From Mobula hypostoma (Eukaryota), in contig NC_086108.1 of assembly GCF_963921235.1 (NCBI RefSeq), positions 27,220,001 to 27,284,000 on the forward strand: 64,000 bases of DNA, given 5' to 3'. The notes under the pieces are model-generated. The model was not told the origin of the DNA. It was given only the letters and a program-made list of their open reading frames with translations, and searched no databases. A program made the translations under genes and the position numbers. Positions 58,362-64,000 of the stretch are shown piece after piece (within the stretch, counting starts at the first letter, position 1; every line of letters starts with the position of its first letter).

Positions 58362-61300
58362 TGTCACAGCTATGGACTCAGCCATGGGGTCTGGGCATCC
58401 TCACCGGAGGGCTGCATAATGGGATCGGCAATTAGACTCGAGAGCATGCATATTCCAGCCCATTTAACGCCGTCCTTCTTGTTTCAGTCTTGTCAAGTGT
58501 TGGCCAAAAGCACAGCAATATCAATGCTCCCTGCTTACCCTTGTCCTTGTTCTGAGAAAGAAGATAATCACCTTAGATTGCAAAGAAGTGGTATTTAGTT
58601 AGTGTTAAGTTGTTGCTTCTGAACTGCTGTGTTGGTGTTAGCATTCAGATTTAGAGCCCTGTTAATGGCCCTGTTGGCCTAGCATTTATTGTTTCTCCTG
58701 TAATTCTGCAAAGTTCTTATTTGAAGTTATTAAACTGTTGATCCACTTTAGCGTCTCTCCCCCTGCCCTTGGGCCATAACTGCACACCTGTGTCAGCAAG
58801 ATGACCGCAAAGATAATGGACCCAGTGGGCAGAGAACAGCCAGCCATGGCCCTGGCATTCATTGGTCAGATAAGAGAGAAGTTACAGTCAGTGGATGCTG
58901 CGTTGGCAGAGGAGACTCACACAGTGTGACAGCTACTCACAGAATGACAAGCCCAACTCAAACTGAAGTTTGTGGAGGGGAAGCTAAAATCGGTGGAAAC
59001 AAGTTTGGCCAAAGTGTCTCATGAAGTGTGACAGCTACTTTCAGAGTGGTAAGCCCAGTCCAAACAGGGGGAACAGGTATTAGCCCTCACAGTGACAGTT
59101 CTGCAACTCACCACAGACAGCTGGAATTGGATGGCAATGATTACTGCTCTCATATCAGTTATTACTGCTCCTGCTGTTGCAATTCAGCAATCTTCAGCAA
59201 GGTCAGTCCCACTCTCAACATCTCCTACATCCTGGGACTCACATAGCCAATAAGGCCCTGACTCCCATGTCCGGGCCAGAACCGAGTATTCCTCCATCAG
59301 GTAGATACTCCAGTGACCCTGACAACTGCAGGAATTTTATTACCCAGTGTGAGCTGATTTTCCAAGCCCAGCCACTTCGGTTTGGTGTTGATGCACATAA
59401 ACTGCCTTACATGGTGAATCCCTTAGACAGACCACTATACAGACTGTTCAGTACTCTACAGCAACAAGGTTCCCTGCAGCCAGCCATTCCAACAACTTAT
59501 AGTCGAGTTCAGGAGAGTCTTTTGATCTTCCAGTACAGTGTCTGAAGGCTGCTCGCTGACTCCTGGACCTGTGCTAAGAGAAAGGGACAGCGATGGACTG
59601 CACTGTAAAGTTCCAGATGCTTGCAGTTGAGACGAAGTGGAACGAGAGATTCCTCACCATTGTCTTCCAACGTGGGATGAATGCAGGGATCCAGCGCGAG
59701 ACCACAGTGCATGACAAGCAGGACAGCCTGGATAGCCTGATAAATCCGGCCATTCGAATAGATAACTGGGCAACAGAATGGCACAGAGAAAGAATGCGCC
59801 GAGCTCCCTACTCCTTAGATTACAGATTGTCTTCACCCCCTTCCACATTACTCAGTGTACAGTTTGCAGAAGAGCCTATGCAGGTTGGGCATTTGTGCCT
59901 ACCTCAGGAGGAACAAGATCAGCCTCGACTGTGCAATCTAGGACACTTTGGGACATCATATCCCAAGCACCCAATAAATAGAATACCGTTCCCAGGAGAG
60001 GGAATTCTGATGGATCACTTCTCCCTGCAAACATCTTCCCCAGTTGCGCCCTGATCCCAGCTTCTTGTCGTGGGAGTCTCCAACATGTGAGTTTCAGATA
60101 TTTTTTGACTCTAAGGCAGCAGGAACCGCATGGATGTCTCTCTGGCTCAAAGATAGAGAGTTCTGACAGCAATTGAGAGAGAATATTGATGCAGAGGCTC
60201 TGGATGATTGGCCTCAGGGCACTGGCAAGATCCACCTTTCCACAGAACCCTTCCAAATTGTGCCGGAAGGAGCAGCTCTCCTTCTATCTTGTTGATTCTC
60301 CTGAACCTCCGCTGGTGCTTGGCCTTCCCTGGCTATCTTAACACAAACCATGTATCAATTGGTCCTGAAAGGCACTCCAAGACTGGGAACCGGCATGCCT
60401 ATCTATCTGTCTGGTCCAACTCAAGCCCCTGTCAACATATCCTTCCTGTGCAAACCGCTTGTGTGGGCCTGTCTAGCATCCAGCGAATATGCTGACCTTC
60501 TTGAAGTCTTCAGAAAGAAGAAAGCCATCTCCCTGCCTCTCTACCAGCCCTTTGACTGCTCCATTGACCTATTACCCAGTAATAGTCTTCTTTGGGCTAG
60601 CTGCTTTCCCACACTTGACCGAAGACGGTGGCCATGGAAGAATACATCAGGAGGCATTGGCCTTAGGAGTTATCTGTAAATCAAAGTTGCCAGCAAGGTT
60701 GGCCTTCTTTTTTTGTGAAGAAGAAAAATGGCAAACTCCATCCCTTTATTGATTATCAGCCCCTCAACAACATCACAGTGAAGAACTATTGCCTCTTCCC
60801 CTACTTGCCTCGGTGTTTGAACATCTCCAAGGAGCAACCATATTTCCCAAGGTAGGTCTGCTCAATCTTACAACCTGGTTCATATCCAAGAAGGGGACGA
60901 GTGGAACACAGCATTCCACACCTCCATTGGCCACTATGAGTAACTCGTGGTCTGGCCAACTGTTTTGCAGGCTCTGATCAACTATATGGACCAGGCCATG
61001 TTGAATCAGTTTACTTTCCTATATTTGGACAAAATTCTTATCTATTCCAGCTCTGTCCAAGAACATGCCAAGTATGTCCAGAGGGTTCTTAGATGATTCT
61101 TCAAGAACAACATTTATGCCAAGCCAGAGAAGTGTGAGTTCCATAAAGAGTAAGTGTCATTCTTGGGCTACATCCTCACCCCTTTCTCCATTCAAATAGG
61201 CGCATGTAAAGTTCAGGCAGTCACAATGGCCCAATCCATGTACAGACAAACAGGTGAGGCTCTTGATAGGGTCTGAAAACTTTTATTGCCACTTCATTAG

Positions 61301-61889
61301 AAATCTCCATTTCATCGCGGCCACCATAAATGCACTCAGCAGGATTCTTATGTACAACTGAAGGAGAATGAAAGTGACGCTTCACAACAACTCCAGAGCA
61401 GTACCTACCAGTCCCACCCTGTCCATTCTTTCTGGTGACTTGGGAGTTGCGCCTAGCGAGTGGGGGGTGGGGGTCCCTCTCACAACCACAGATTCTGCCG
61501 CGGGGTCTGGTTGTCCTCGCAGACGGGCCTTGGAAATGGGATGGGCAATTAAGCTCATGAGTGTGCAGGTTCCAGTCAATTAGTGTTTCATAGCGGTGGT
61601 ACTTCGCTTCAATCTTAACCAAAAGCACAGCAAGGTCAATGCTCCCTGTTTACCTTTGTCCTTGTTCCAGGAAAGAAGACAAGTGTTTAGATTGACACTG
61701 TAAAGGAGTGGTATTTATATACTGTTAATTTACTGCTTCTGAGCTGCAGTGTCACATTAGCTTTCATCTTGAGAGTTTTAGGTAGTCTAGCCTTTAATTC
61801 TGCGCAGTTCTTATTAAAAGTTGGTGAACTATTCATCTAATTCAGTGGCTCTTCCTCTGCACTTGGACCATCACTGCACATCCCTGTCA
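58362..61889 (+). mobile_element. Old sushi/chromovirus-like Gypsy lacking most of RNase H and integrase
   Basis: Diverged LTRs 58362-58795 and 61478-61889; G-rich PPT 61458-61477; gag 'RYSSDPDNCRNFITQCELIFQAQP', 'EEPMQVG'; decayed RT (YLDKIL near 61021); TACAGA near both flanks. Confidence 0.88.
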
Positions 61890-62845
61890 TACAGAATGTT
61901 TGACATTGCGATTTTAAAATGTTTCTAAGCATCTTGCTTCTGGGGATGAGTTTCCAATTCCTAATTATGCTACTTCTATTTATCATTACCAGCCACAGGT
62001 AAAAACAAAGATCACTTGGCAAAATTGCAAGGATTAATTATCATGTTCCTTTTGTTTTTCTCAGAATAAACGTAAGAATTATCTTCTTGCTGTGTGGTCA
62101 TGCAAGCTTTAGCTGGAGGGCTGTTGTTCTAATTATTAATCAATGATCCCATTTTATTGCAGATGATTTTGAATCAAACCCCAGGACTCAGATCATTAAT
62201 TCTCCATGTGCAGCTCAGTCCTTCTAACCTGATTGAGTCTTCTTCTGTATCATTCCTGGAGGCTTCATTTGTTGCCATTTTGCTAAGCTAATAGCAAAAT
62301 CATTTATTTTTCTGTTTTCTGTCAGAAGAATGTGCAGTTCAGTCTGAGTGAAATGTTACCTTCCTTTTATCAGTTACACCTCCTCAACCTTTACACTCAG
62401 AGTTTCAGGAAATCTACAGAGATACAAGGTAGTCTTTTATGACTTAACAACTCAGCTATTTTAATTTTGTCTTTCACAACACTTGAAGAAAATGCAAGGA
62501 GGTGGCGGCTCTTTCATCTTCAAAGAGCTGGAATTGGCACAGTAGACCATGTGACTTTGCTGGTTGTCCTACGGCCAGGATGAAGGCCTCTGTGAGGGTC
62601 TCACATTTTTTTAGAGTGTAGTTAGAGGGTCATTGAGGGAAGCAACATGGAAAAGAGCTTTCAGCCCACAATGTCCCCATGGACCATCAGCACCTATTTG
62701 CATGGATCTAATTTTTTATGCTCCCCTCATTCTCATCATATTCCCCTGGATTCTGCAACTCACCCAGGTACTTGGAGCAATTTACAGTGGCAAATTAATC
62801 TACCCACCTGCCCATCTTTGGGAAATGGAAGAAATCCTGAGTATC

Positions 62846-63396
62846 TAAAATCCTCACTATTTCTTATAAATGCACCATAGAAAGCATTCTTCTAGGGTGC
62901 ATCACAACCTGGTATGGACGTTGTCCTGTCCAAGACCAGAAGAAGCTGCAGAAGATCGTGAACATGGTACAGCACATCACACAAACCAATCTTCCGTCCT
63001 TGGACTCACTTTACACCGCATGCTGTTGGAACAGTGCTGCCAGGATCAAGGACACCACCCACCCAGCCAACACACTTTTCGTCCCTCTTCCCTCCGGGAG
63101 AAGGCTCAGGAGCTTGAAGACTCGTACGGCCAGATTTGGGAACAGCTTCTTTCCAACTGTGATAAGACTGCTGAACGGATCCTGACCCGGATTTGCGCTG
63201 TACCCTACAAATATCCGGACCTGCCTCTCGGTTTTTTGCACTGCCTTACTTTCCCTTTTCTATTTTCTACTTATGATTTATAATTTAAACTTTTACTATC
63301 TGCTATCAATTTGTACTCCAGGGAGCGCGAAGCACAGTATCAAATAATGCTGAGATGATTGTACGCTCTAGTATCAATTGTCTGGCGACAATTATC
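62846..63396 (+). mobile_element. Rex1/Babar 3' fragment
   Basis: 'IKDTTHPANTLFVPLPSGRRLRSLKTRTARFGNSFFPTVIRLLN'. Confidence 0.85.
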
Positions 63397-64000
63397 AATT
63401 GTTTGTCTAGAGGAATGTACAAACACCACACTGACAGCATACAAGGTCAGAATGAACCTGGATCTTTCACACTGTAAGGCAATAGCTCTACCAGCTGTGC
63501 TACTGTTCTGCTCTTATGCCAATTACATTAGATCCTATTACCCCTTTCGTCTAGCACTTTTAATTCTGATACACCTTGGGCTGCCTGCACTCAGCTCCCA
63601 TCAGAAGCACTTGGTATGCTGTGTTCCTAATTTTATTGAGGTTTCTAACATGTCTACTGACCCCATCACTTAGATTTGGAAGAGAAGTTGAAAGACAGGG
63701 AATGCCATGATCCTATTAATATTTGAAATTGATGAGTAGGAAGTGAACAGATAATCCATCAATCCCAGATCACATCATAGCACTGGACCAAGAACATCAA
63801 GACCAACTCCATCTGCAACCCCCTGCCATGGAACATATGTGAGGGGTGAGAAAAGCAAAGCACAAACACATCATCAATTTGAGAAAAAAAATGCACCAGA
63901 ACATTACTCCAATACCTTACATTTGTTAAGTCATGTCAAGCTTTCTGTCATGTGTACAAGTTCAGGTGCAATGAAAAAAAACAGTTTGCAGCAGCATCAT

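Noticed and set aside
58817..60054. Domesticated sushi-derived gene (PEG10/RTL-like)
   Set aside because: Multiple stops and frameshifts with flanking LTRs retained; this is a decayed element

Overview
Repeat-dense, apparently intronic or intergenic eukaryotic DNA. The repeat inventory (CR1 LINEs with (TTTCTATG)n tails, V/HE1-type SINEs, Rex1/Babar LINEs, Penelope-derived repeats) suggests a cartilaginous fish; this is an inference. No host gene could be confidently identified, and nearly every long ORF is transposon-derived. Contents: (1) a young Ty3/Gypsy element (28536-34634, 288-bp LTRs with 4 differences, tRNA-Trp PBS, TTAG TSD) carrying a CR1 LINE inserted in its gag-pol -1 frameshift signal, which creates an uninterrupted 610-aa chimeric RT ORF; (2) a second Gypsy (about 35505-39783) with no tRNA PBS, a 15-bp perfect PBS-position/LTR inverted repeat (self-priming candidate) and a YLDN RT motif; (3) two decayed sushi/chromovirus-like copies; (4) several CR1 and Rex1/Babar LINEs; (5) Tigger, Tc1 and PIF/Harbinger DNA transposons, including two Harbinger copies joined in inverted orientation; (6) a Penelope fragment with an open GIY-YIG ORF. 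Two candidate self-cleaving RNAs are visible by eye: a minimal hammerhead in the Penelope terminus (about 49661-49696, minus) and an HDV-like double-pseudoknot at the exact 5' end of a non-autonomous RTE element (8890-9034). Boundaries of old, decayed repeats are approximate.
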